A DNA stretch of 57,364 nucleotides, the filler included, from Dugesia japonica (Eukaryota): NCBI GenBank assembly GCA_001938525.1. It is 5 parts of 5 records of this genome, joined end to end, with 100 filler letters (N's around TTAATTAATTAA, not from the genome) between each part and the next. Parts side by side here need not be neighbours in the genome. Positions count along the whole stretch, not along the records: positions 9,662 to 20,720 come from MQRL01588196.1; positions 20,821 to 30,526 come from MQRL01624337.1; 3 more parts are not named here. The stretch is one strand, 5' to 3'. This document shows positions 11,110-22,399 of this stretch, one piece after another (the first letter of the stretch is position 1; each line of letters begins with the position of its first letter). Made by a program: the position numbers and the translations under genes. Under the pieces are notes generated by a model. It did not search any database. It was not told the DNA's origin and saw only the letters and a program-made list of their open reading frames with translations.

Positions 11110-11671
11110 ATGGCAGATGAATCCATATATCCAGATTTAAAAAATTATCAACAGGAAATAAATTTTTATACACTTGAAGATTTAAAATCAAAATTATCAT
11201 CTTTAAGAATTAAAGATTTCGAAAATGATTTATATTTTATAAATGATAAAATAAAATACTATCGAAAATATTATTCAAAATGGGCCGCCGCCGATGATGG
11301 AATAAAAGTTTCTCAAATTATAATTGGAACCGGTGTGGCCATTGTTGGTGTAATTTTTGCAACTCCTATTGGAATATGAATTACTACATATGGTCTTCTC
11401 ATAATAACTGGAATAGGTTCTTCAATTCCAATTACTGGTGCATTAAATTCATCATTAATTCAAAAGAAAAAAAAGAAGTATATCACCTTAATTGTAAAAT
11501 TAGAGAGTTAAAAATAAACTTTTTCTATTTCAACAAAAGGCCTTGAATGATAATCTTTTAAGTGATGAGGAAATTACTACAAGTAAAAACATGATTCGAG
11601 AAGTTCATGAAATAATTTTAAAATCTAAAATTGAAAGTCCTAAATTTGAGTTAAATAAATTAACAGTCTAA
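11110..11671 (+). pseudogene. Two-TM membrane protein with N-terminal YPDL
   Basis: MADESIYPDL, FENDLYFINDKIKYY, hydrophobic hairpin, KALNDNLLSDEE; stop at 11377, frameshift near 11508. Confidence 0.75.
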
Positions 11672-14600
11672 TCTATCCCATAAATGATCAAATTTAAAAT
11701 GCCAATCTTCACATCTTTCACAATAAAATTTTATGCCGTGGGCCCATTCTATAATTCCATTATCTTCTAATAAATGTTTATCATTATATCCAGACATTGC
11801 AATTTTCTTTTGAGAAGTTAATTCTATTTGATGTTTGTGAGATTGTAAACGGCGGTTTACCCCATGAATCACTTCTTGAGAATCTTTTAAAATTTTGTTA
11901 TAAGCCTCCATTTGTATGTTGTTGGATTTTGATGTTCCATTATGTTTAGCATTATAAGTTTCACTTCCATCTTCATTTTTATAATTAATTGCATAACCTT
12001 TTGATTTTATAAAACAAGCTTCTGTAATTATACTATTGGGCAATTAATCTTTCATTTGAAAGAGATTATTACCTAATATACCTTCTACCTTTTCCAAATT
12101 TTCTCGCCGCCTGATTTCCACAAATTTTGAGTCGGTATAAGAATAGTGAATTTTATAATTTTTTGTTCCAATTAGTGGGGCCATCTGTTTATATACAAAA
12201 TCATACATAATCTCTTTTGCAATTTCTAAAATACAGAATCCAAGGAATGGAAATTTGTTATATTTTAAATTTGTTTGTCGCATGTGCATCACAGCTATAT
12301 TTGGAGAAAATGTTTTTGAATATTTATAAGTTGGTCTTCCAGCGAGTCTTCTAAATTCTTTATCATTTGTAACAAATTCCATATTACAACGGTTTCGTAT
12401 ATCTTCAAGGGTTTTCCCATAAAATGAATTATTCAAAAGTTTAAATAAATAATCACCAAATTCATCACCATTTCTTTTGGCTTCATTTCTCTTTTCAACA
12501 TTAAAAAGAATATATGGTCTTAACCATGGTCTTGTTAACATTTTACATTTGTAATGAAATTTTCTCAACTTCATGCCATGTTCTAAATAAAGATTTAATG
12601 TGCTTTCTAATACAATGTAATTTCTTTTATCAAACATATTAAGTGTTAATTTAACATTTTTAGGGTGTTTTCTATTAAATCTCCTTTGATGTGGACTTAG
12701 CATATTCTTTGTGATATTTACCCTTTCTGGCGCTAATGGATAATATCTTGCTTTTTTTATGAATTTCAGGTGAATAATCTAAATCCACCTCATAAAGGAA
12801 ATTATAATCATCTGTTGCTATTTCATAAGTTAAATCCTCACATTCAATAAATTCACTTGTTGGAAGTGGTCTTGTCATGCAAGCAGAATATAGAGAATTT
12901 TCATCAAGATATTTTAAAAATGTTTCCTCAAAATAATGCTTTGGAACATTTCCACCTTGTTTTAATATTTTCATTATATCATCAAATTCCGCCCTAGTTA
13001 ATCTTTTGTTCTGAGAGATTTTTTTATTATAGGGAAAAACTTGCCTATCACCACAACCACCTGAGTAACCACCTCTAATTTCTCTTTCTATTTTTTGAAA
13101 TATTGCTAATGTTTCTGCTTTTGCATATTTTAATCTAACTCCTGTAAATTTCATTTCAGCTGCCCATGTAAGTCCTGGGGCTGAGTAACAATAACAAGGA
13201 TCGATATCATAATATTCTATACATGTATTCCTAAATTTTCAAAAAAGTCTGCAAGAATTAAAACATCAAGTTTCATGTAATGTTTTGTATATTCCCACAT
13301 ATTATTAAAATTCCTAAAATCTTCAAGAAATTCATAATACTCTGTATTGGTTATTTCTTTCTGTTTTAATGTATTGTAAAAATCCTCCATTCCTGGAATT
13401 CTATCTGATTTTAATAATCTAATTACTTCTTCCACATTTCCCCCCTTTACATATTCATAAGGAAATATTATTTTTTTAGGTGTTAAATTTAAAGTTTTTA
13501 ATCGAGGACATTTACCAGTTTTGTTTAACATCTCTCCCATTTTTTCTATTGATGTGTTGCTACACATTCTGTTGGAATCGAGGAATCTAATATTTTTTTA
13601 AATTCAAATGAAATATATACTACATCATTCTGTGGAATTATATTAAAAATGTCCCCTGGATGTTTTTCTATTAATTCTGTAAAGAAAAGATGATTGTCAT
13701 AACCAGAGCCATTATGAAAGTAGAATTGAAGAAATATTTTTACATCTGCTTGTTTTATGCATCGCGCATGTGCGAATCCTCGGAATTCTCCAGTTAATTT
13801 ATTAAAATCATTTTCCCGATCATCATCTAAATAATTTTTACAATATCTACATTTATTTTNTATGTGGTGTGGAATATTTTTTTTCTCTGGTGGATTGTCT
13901 ATAATATTAATAATTTTTTTATTTAATAATTCTAAATATTTTATAAAATTATTTAAAAGATTTTTTCCTGTGAAATACTTATAATGTGTAGGAATTAAGT
14001 CTTGATATGAACTTTCAAACCACCCTCCTAAACTTAATGGTTTTTTTTATTATCATATATGCAAGTGTATGTTTCAAAATCACCATATGCTGCAAATGGA
14101 AGTAGATTTTTAAAATTATGATTTTTATAATAAGAAAATTCATCCCTACAAAATCTTGTTTTTATTGGTTTGTGATAAATACATTCTTCTTGATGTGTTT
14201 CAAATAATTTTTTACTGCGATATGAATTCATACAACCAATGCATAAATTATTTTTATTATTAAAATAAGTATTTAAATCCTTGCAAAGTCCATAATAAAA
14301 TAATAAATTACATTTATTTTCTTCTTTATCAGGTTTGCATGTAAAATGTGAAGTATAAAGTGGAGTAAGATTTTTTTCATTTACAATTTCAAAAACATTT
14401 ATTTTCCAATTATTTTTTTTTCAAATTGTTTTATGTCTCCCACCTTCATTGGAAACCTAAAACCTTCAAAATTTAACTCGCTAAGAAATTCTTGATACCT
14501 AGCTTGATTTGGATTTTCTAATTCATGTTTATGTTCTAAAATTGAGTATAGAAAACATTTATCATCATCATTTTTTATATTAATAACCCCCGCTTTTTTA

Positions 14601-15404
14601 AATGGTAATTTTACATATGAAGAACCTCCAGCCACAGATTCATAAGCATCCATTTCAATTGTATAATTAATTATATATTGCAACACCCAACCACTCCCTA
14701 CTCGATCTTTATCTTCTAAATATCTTTGGAGGTCTGCTATTTGTAATAAAACAGCTTCTTTAATTTTTATTTTTTCTGTTATTTTTTCAAGTTGTACATA
14801 AGATTTAAAAATTTCTTCTTTACCCTCTTTTAAATAATTACCTGCAGCTGATAATTTAAGATTTAGTTTTTTTTCATGTTCAAAAAATGTTTCTACAACT
14901 TCTATTATTTCATCACTATATGGACTAAGCATTTTTTCTTCATCTTGAGAAATATCCAATGTTAATTTAATTCTACTATTTTTAAAATGTCCAATTTTAT
15001 ATTCAGGATATTTTTTTAAATAATCTATTAAGTTTCCGACCCATATAAATAACAACATCATCCCCAGGAAGTGCATCAAATAATCTTATAGTATTAAATA
15101 ATGAATTGGGATCTGCTCGTTGTATGTGTTCATCGCTAGAGTAATGTATTTTTGCTATAGATTGACTTTTAAATTTTTTCTCACAAATATCACAATATAA
15201 ATTTACTGGAGTGGGATTTCTACATGTTGATGCACTAATATGATAATTCAATCCATCTCGAGTTGTAAAATTTTGGTGACATACTTCACATGGATATTCT
15301 ATATTTGGGTTTCTATTACATTTTTTAAAGTGGGATATTAAACCCGCTAGTTTTTTTAAACGCCTTCCACGTTTAGGACATGGATATGTGTTTGTTGGTG
15401 CCAT
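11660..15404 (-). pseudogene. polB: Full-length protein-primed DNA polymerase B with three N-terminal zinc fingers, fragmented
   Basis: ZnFs; VGSGW; DDKCFLYSIL; ExoI YGDFE; ExoII FHNGSGYD; ExoIII YMKLDV; motif A YLDENSLY; motif B KLLNNSFYGKT; motif C YSYTDS (D to Y); several frameshifts and stops. Confidence 0.95.
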
Positions 15405-15653
15405 TTTATAAAATAATAATTTAATCATATTATATTTTTTTCTTGGGGGTATAAATCAGGGGGTCCTCTTTAAGAGGATTTTTTTTTCTATAAAAAATTT
15501 TTTTTGGGGAATTTTTTATTCTTGGTTATCTGTAAAAAATCGCGCATTCGAAATTTTTTCATTTTAAATTTTTATGAAAAAAAATAAAAATGAAAAATTT
15601 AATTTTTTTAGGGTTTATACTCCCAATCTGGCTGCTTCATTATATTAACAACT

Positions 15654-16040
15654 CCCGTATTTTTCAAATGAAGGTAGAGATAAATTAAATAACAGAGGGC
15701 AAATAAAGTGTTTTAATTGTAATANNNNNNNNNNNNNNNNNNNNNNNNNNNNNNNNNNNNNNNNNNNNNNNNNNTAAAGAAAGATGTATCATTCAGCCCA
15801 GAAACAAGAGAAACTAATGCTATTGAAGTAATCGATAATGAAGCTTATCAAAATATGAGAATTGAGTTAGAAGATATGAAAATACATTATCAGCGTATGA
15901 TGGAGAGACAACAAAAGAGAGAGGAATATGAAATAAATATGTGTGAACCAACATAAGTAGATTTAGATGCAGTTTATGAAAGGAAGCAGGAAATATTGAT
16001 AGAGAATGTCCGATTGGAAATAACAAAAGAAAGAATTAAT
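15654..16040 (+). pseudogene. gag: Gag C-terminus with two CCHC zinc knuckles
   Basis: RGQIKCFNCN running into a gap; RCSL*KEAGNIDRECP is a degenerate second knuckle. Confidence 0.65.
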
Positions 16041-16219
16041 GAACTTAGATTGTTACAATATTTGAAAGATGTTAATGAATACCCTATAACTTTCAAAAAA
16101 TTAAACCCATAATAATCATTTTAGCAAAGAATCGAAACATAATAGAGATATCAGAAAGTTTAGAAACAATAGATGAGATATTTCAAAAATATAGTGAATA
16201 TGTAAAAGGAAACGAAACG

Positions 16220-17123
16220 TTGCAAGAGTCATTAAAGATCAATATGGTAGCAGGAAAAAACGAGTGTTCAGTGACAGCATTAAAATTGACAGTACACGCG
16301 TGTACAAAAACGAATAAATTATTTAAAATAGTAAAAAAAGATTGGCCAGTATTGTTGCAAAATGAAGATGTGATACAACTATCATTCTATAATACAGAAC
16401 TAAATGAGAACAGAACATTGATGGAATATGGAATTATTCCAGGTAATATTAATATCATAAAAGCAACAATCATGAAACATAAGTCACAAGTATTAACAAA
16501 TGATCAACAAAAATCTATTGAAAAAACTTTGAGTATGATGGCACAAGCAGATAAAGCTGAGGATGAAAGAGCAAGCCAGCAACAGCCACCAACATCGACC
16601 ACAAGAAATGAAAAGCCATCAACATCAGATGATGTAAGAAGCGAGATGAAAGAGACAGAAAATATTTAAAGACAAAGTATCAGATTATTAAAAATCAAGA
16701 GGTAGACCAAAATTAGAAGATATAATACCAGAAAAAGTGCAAGCTGAACATTTGAATAATACATCACAAAGATATGATGAGCAAGCATCAGCAGGATCAG
16801 ATCAAGGACTTATAAGAAGTCTAATTAAATTGGTACATGNNNNNNNNNNNNNNNNNNNNNNNNNNNNNNNNNNNNNNNTAATGATATTCGAAGACATGAA
16901 ACTCATATTAAAAGAAGTGAGCAAATTGATAATAGCAGATCCAGAAATTGATGATTATAAAGTGATAAAAACAGTGATGAAGGAAGGAATAAAAAAAAAT
17001 AAAGTAGTCACAGCTATTTTGTATTTGATACTCAAGAATCGAGAACAATTAGTTGAGAAACCTGATAAAAATATTGTGGTTGTAGAACAAATAGTTAATC
17101 AATTTTTGAAAAAAAGGAATTAA
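16220..17123 (+). pseudogene. Gag-env spacer region containing a ubiquitin-like domain
   Basis: LKLTVHACTKTNKLFKIVK..QLSFYNTELNENRTLMEYGI aligns with ubiquitin [39 protein letters not shown]. Confidence 0.5.
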
Positions 17124-17262
17124 CGCGGGGATCACGCAAGAAGGAGGTAGGGAAACGTTATTTCCAACAAATAATCGTAAACAAAAAATTCAACAAACAG
17201 AACAAGAAGATGAAATAAAGAAACTTATTAATGAATAAACTAAAAAATCAAATCGACCACTA

Positions 17263-19140
17263 ATGGGTACAATAATAACAATTATAATAATGTTATTAGA
17301 ATTAGCAAGAGGAGCAAATGCGATGGTAGCATATGATTGTAACACTCCAAAATGGGGGGAAAGTTTTCATTATTGGATGTAGAAAATTTTTCAGAGGCGC
17401 ACCCAACAAAATTAAAAATATCAAATCCAATAATCATGCATTTATATCAAGAGTCTGACTTTGTGCATGCAGAAGCATACGAATGTAGTATAAAATTTGA
17501 AGAGGAAATTTCATATTGTGATACTACACAAAGTATAACACTAATACCAGCATGGTCTCCAGACATAGTGGTAATAGATGCGAGTGATTGTGAGAAGGCG
17601 TTTAAAACCAAAGTGTTGAAAGTACATGGGTATGAATTACAGGTAAGAGTTGGGGCGAGAGTAAAGCAAAGAGTAGATATTGTAGGATGATCAACTGCAG
17701 ATGGATATTTTGGAGGAGGAAAGTATAGAATATGGAGACAAGTGAAATTTGACATCTTAGTTCGAAGACAATATCATGTCGAATTAAAGAAAATAAAAGT
17801 AACATTTGATGCTGCTATGGGAAAAATGATGACACATCCATTTTTTAGCTTAAAAGATACAAGTTGTGATACCGGAGAATCAATGATGGTGTATAAAGTA
17901 AATCCATTTAAATGTACACTTACGAAATTAAAAACAGTGGCGATGAGAGAAGTTAGTGGAACTTTACCAACGAATAAGCCACCTAACATACGAGATGCAA
18001 AAAGGAAAGCATCAGTGATTGGTGAAAAAGCAACACCAACAATATATATATATATATCAAATTCAACACAAGAATCATTAAGACTTATTGAGAAAGGAGT
18101 AGATATCAAATGTGGAGTGGAAGTGATAGTAACAAATTATAATGGGTTATATTTATCAGTAAAAGAAATAAAAGATGCCAGACCAGAGGTTGATAAACTG
18201 GATGTAAAAAGAGCTACATATTTCAACAATAAAATAGATTTTATCTATCATGAAATTTTAAGACAAGTAGACAGAATATATCAAGAAACAATGATGAGAA
18301 ATTGTAAAATTAAGCGAGAATTGTTAAGAGCAAAAATGGCAATGGTAGTCACGAATCCGGATCTGGTAGCACCACTCTTGTTTGAGGAAAGAGGAACATT
18401 TGGAAGAATAGTAGGAGAAACTTTAGTGAGTTTTAAATGTAAACCAGTAGCCGTTACGCTTACAGATCATGAGAAATGTACTAATGANNNNNNNNNNNNN
18501 NNNNNNNNNNNNNNNNNNNNNNNNNNNNNNNNNNNNNATTACCAGTAATTTATAAGTGAGAAAAAGTGTTTTTGCTCCCAATAACAAGAATTTTAACAGA
18601 TAAACATCAACCAAAAGTGATTGAAAAGTGTAGTAATATTCTTGATCATATGTACAAATTAACAGTGTCGGATAGAAAGACAGCACCAACTCCACTAATG
18701 ATGGAAATGATAGAGCTCGGTAGAACAACAGAATTGGAAAGGATTGATAATATGGAAAAGCTTGGTATTTATACAATTAATGATATTGAGAAGGCACGAA
18801 AACATATGCTTTTCCCAATACAAAGAGAGAAAATAATATCAATAATGGTCGATAAAGTAGCAAGAGGGAGTAATGGAGACGATGTAAATTTTGAATCACT
18901 ATTACACGCAGATCATTTTAAAAGGGCAATGCGTAATTTCGTAGATAGATTTTTATGGGGAATGCAATGGTTTGGTAATATATTCTAATGTATTTTATTT
19001 GGGTGGTATGTTTTAACATTTTTAAAATTAGCAGGTCATCAAATACTTTCCCTAAGAGAATTACATGCAGTTTTCGGTTAAACATGGAAACTAGGAGCAT
19101 GTTTCTGTCCATTTGTTGCAAAACACATGATTGTGCAAAA
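17263..19140 (+). pseudogene. env: Chuvirus-like (class III, gB-related) envelope glycoprotein
   Basis: Signal peptide MGTIITIIIMLLELARGANA then AYDC..FSLLDV; HLYQ..EC..SYC; YFNNKIDFIY; NPDLVA..GTFGRIVGETLVSFKCKPVAV..KCTN; FLLPITRIL; TM then LHAVFG*TWKL. Confidence 0.85.
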
Positions 19141-19339
19141 CCATATTGAAAACATAAAGAATCTAGAAAAGCATCGAGGCGTATATACAGTAAACATAGA
19201 TGATGAGCAGGAGCTTAATAAATTAACTAATGATAGATCATCAGATACAGAATATAAACCATATAAACAAGAAAACATTGAGTTAGAACATATAAAAATA
19301 GATGATTCAACACAATATAAATATCGAAAAAATTACTCA

Positions 19340-19780
19340 ATGTCAGTCATAGATTCAGACAATAATAGACCCACAACAGATATTATAATAAATAGAATTA
19401 GTATACCTTCGTTAATAGATATAGGAGCAGTATGCTCAATAATAAAAGAAGCGTGGTTAAATAAAGCCTAAAGACAGAAAATAAAACATTATAAACCAGA
19501 AAGTATAAAATCATTTACAGGTCATATAATAAAAATAAAAGGCATAATTGAATGTACGGTCGTAATTGGACAAGAAATTGTTACACATCCATTTAGAGTT
19601 ATGGAAAATGGAACACAGAACTGTATCTTTGGTATGGATTTTCTAGCAAGATTAAAAGATTACGTCATCGATTTACAATATAGCACATTAAAAATGGTAA
19701 CATCATTACCAGTGCAGGATGAAGGTAATGTGATATGTGCAACAGAGTTAATAACAGTGGAACGCTGTAGTGAATGTATA
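19340..19780 (+). pseudogene. Retroviral-type aspartic protease
   Basis: RPTTDIIINRISIPSLIDIGAVCSII..SFTGHIIKIKG..CIFGMDFL; one stop at 19469. Confidence 0.85.
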
Positions 19781-19783
19781 ATA

Positions 19784-20720
19784 ATGTATAATAAGAAATG
19801 GTGTCAAGCATGTAGTATCTGTGCCACAAGAAAGAACACAGGAACAAAAACCAAAGTTCCATTACAACCAATGCCAATACCNAGTTCACCAATGGAAACA
19901 TNTGCAATGGATTTNTTNTGNAAATTACCNANNACTATNAANGGCAACAAACACATATTAGTGTTCAATGATTATTTTACAAAATGGGCAGAAGCATTTC
20001 CTACAAAGGATGAAACAGCAAATACAGTAGCAAAGTTATTAGTTGAAAAAATAATATACAAATATGGAACGCCAAGGAAGCTGTTATCAGATAGAGGGAA
20101 AAGTTTCCTCAATGAAGTCATACAACGAGTAACAAATATGTTTGATATTAAGAAAATAAATACAACGGCTTATCACCCACAAACTGATGGGTTAGTTGAA
20201 AGATTTAACAGTACATTATGCAATAAATTGGCAGTTTTCGTAAATAAGCATCAAAATGATTGGGATCTATTTATTAAGCCAACATTATTGAAACATAATA
20301 CAACTGAGAACGAAGCTACGGGATATTCACCATTTTATCTTATGTATCTCAGAAAAAATTATATGCCTATAGATATAACATTTGAGCCAATTGTATCACA
20401 GTATATAGATAATCCAGATTACGTTACAAAAATGCAAGAAAGATTACAAGAGGTAAATAAACAAGCAAATCTAAAAGTAAAATTTAAATAGGAACAATAC
20501 AAAGACTATTATGATTGAAAAGCTAAAGAACATAATTTTAAAGTAGGAGATAAAGTGAGGATAAAAGTACCAGTTACACAAAAGGGATTAACAAATAAAT
20601 TAGCAAGGCCTTACAAAGGTTCATATGAGGTAGTAAAAACAACTCATACGAACTTGCACGTAATAAAAAACAAAAAAGATGATCCCATGATTGTGGCAGT
20701 TAACCGATGCAAAATAGCAG
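19784..20720 (+). pseudogene. Gypsy integrase (ZnF C-half, DDE core, GPY/F-like tail)
   Basis: CQACSICA, PLQPMP, AMD, DYFTKWAEAFP, SDRGKSF, TTAYHPQTDGLVERFN, TGYSPF, KLARPYKGSY. Confidence 0.95.
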
Positions 20721-20820
20721 NNNNNNNNNNNNNNNNNNNNNNNNNNNNNNNNNNNNNNNNNNNNTTAATTAATTAANNNNNNNNNNNNNNNNNNNNNNNN
20801 NNNNNNNNNNNNNNNNNNNN
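20721..20820. other. Artificial scaffold-joining linker
   Basis: N run + TTAATTAATTAA (20765-20776) + N run. Confidence 0.95.
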
Positions 20821-22027
20821 ATTATTATTATTAAAATTCATTTAGAAAAAATATTAAAGCCGAACAATTGTTTGAAAAAAATACTGCAAAAACTGAAGAA
20901 ATGAAGCTAATTGATATGACAAGTGTGTTCAATTCAAATAATTGTAAATAAAAATATATAAAGAATTGTTCGATTTCTGATACACGTCGCTATTTAAATT
21001 TATTCATGGCATTGATTTTTAAATATTTAGTTTTAATTTTAATGAAGATGATCAATCAAAATAAGGGGTCAGTTATAATTTGAATAAGTTGTTTAACAAA
21101 AAATAAAAAACTATAAGAAATAAAAATTTAAAATTAGACTTCACAGTGTGTGACCAGAAATAAAAGAAAAGTAAAGTTTAAAAAAATAATTTAGAGTGTG
21201 ATTCTCTGATCTTTGTCAGCTTATTCGGTGACAAATGCCTATATTTCGATTTTAAACATATGATTAAACATAATTGATTGTCTTGCTTATATAAATTGTA
21301 AGCGTTTTGACTTACTTGCTAATTGTAATTGTTTATTCATAAAAATATAATTATTTGTAATTGATCTTAATTATAATTATTTATTAAATTCACAATTTTC
21401 ATATTTTAATTTTTTATCTTAATTAATTTTCATTGAAATAAAGAAAAAGCTTCGATCGAAATAAAATGTATTTGAACTTTTTTACAAATANNNNNNNNNN
21501 NNNNNNNNGCTTTTTCTTTATTTTAATGAAATCTCAAATGCAATCAATGGTTAAGTCCAACAATTATTCTCACAATAATTGTAATTATAAAACTTAAATA
21601 ATTTTAGTTAATTTTTAATAGTGTAAAGACTTAAAATTAAAAATAAATTTAATGTTATTCATCTCTGTATATTATTTATTTAAAAACTGATATCTTGGAC
21701 GAAAATAAATAAAGCATAAATATAGCAAATTATGATTGTCAATCATTTTATTGAGATTTAGTTGTATAAAATTTTTTCCAAGACTTATTATTATATGCCA
21801 AATTATTTATTTATTATAGTATAATTATTATTATTATTATTATTAATATGAATAAAATACAATGTAGGTTTTACTTGAAAGAATAATACATAACCATGGT
21901 TAGAAAAATTTTCTAACCTGACTATTGTATTTCATTGTTTAAAACTATAAAATGAAAATCGATAGAAAACATGGAAGAATTAATTGGGTTAATAATTAAA
22001 AGTTCAAAAATAATATGGTAGTCTTAC

Positions 22028-22154
22028 CAAGAAGTTTCATATCATCTTCAATTTCGGATGTTATCGACATGAGTTCATTTTCATTGTCTCCGATTTTCTG
22101 TTCAATTTCCTTAAAACGTAAATGCCACTTGGAAAAATAATCTTCAGAAATAAT
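22028..22154 (-). CDS. Single internal exon of a P4-ATPase (phospholipid flippase)
   Basis: ttag/ IISEDYFSKWHLRFKEIEQKIGDNENELMSITSEIEDDMKLL-G /gtaag; matches the segment preceding LLGATxIED; other exons not found in this scaffold. Confidence 0.8.
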
Positions 22155-22399
22155 CTAACAAAAATTATTTGATCAATATCTACATATGACTTAATATTCT
22201 TTCGTATTATTTATTATTATTATTATTACATATGAGGTTTCAAAATTTTAATAAATAGCAAAATATATTATCGATTAATAAATAATAACTTTAAAAATAT
22301 AAATAAAATTCTCAATATCAATATTAATAATCATTAATGAAAATATAAATATATAATATAACATAATTATAAATATAACTATTTTATAATATAAATAGC

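Larger units (their letters stand above)
9662..15653. mobile_element. Polinton/Maverick (adintovirus-like) endogenous virus 2, partial and decayed
   Basis: Protease-fibre-2TM block on + converging on ZnF-pPolB on -; all homologous to element 1; candidate terminus ..AACAACT at 15653. Confidence 0.9.
15654..20720 (+). mobile_element. Ty3/Gypsy-type LTR retroelement remnant with glycoprotein between gag and pol; RT/RNase H absent
   Basis: Co-oriented gag knuckles, Ubl, glycoprotein, aspartic protease, DDE integrase with GPY/F-like tail; no LTR visible. Confidence 0.85.

Noticed and set aside
134-15653. One 15.5-kb Polinton with polB duplicated in giant inverted arms
   Set aside because: An artificial linker at 9562-9661 separates the halves; protease, fibre and TM genes are duplicated in direct orientation and are divergent
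17447-18776. Minus-strand ORFs over the glycoprotein (and 6051-6434, 31551-32009, 56810-57079)
   Set aside because: Antisense or alternative-frame shadows of recognisable genes with no motifs of their own
15003-18988. Glycoprotein as a fusogen cargo of Polinton 2
   Set aside because: It lies outside the candidate terminus at 15653 and is in frame with the Gypsy protease and integrase
568-20720. Alternative genetic code or programmed readthrough explaining in-frame stops
   Set aside because: Stops are mixed TAA/TGA/TAG at differing residues, accompanied by frameshifts and catalytic substitutions; host genes read cleanly in the standard code
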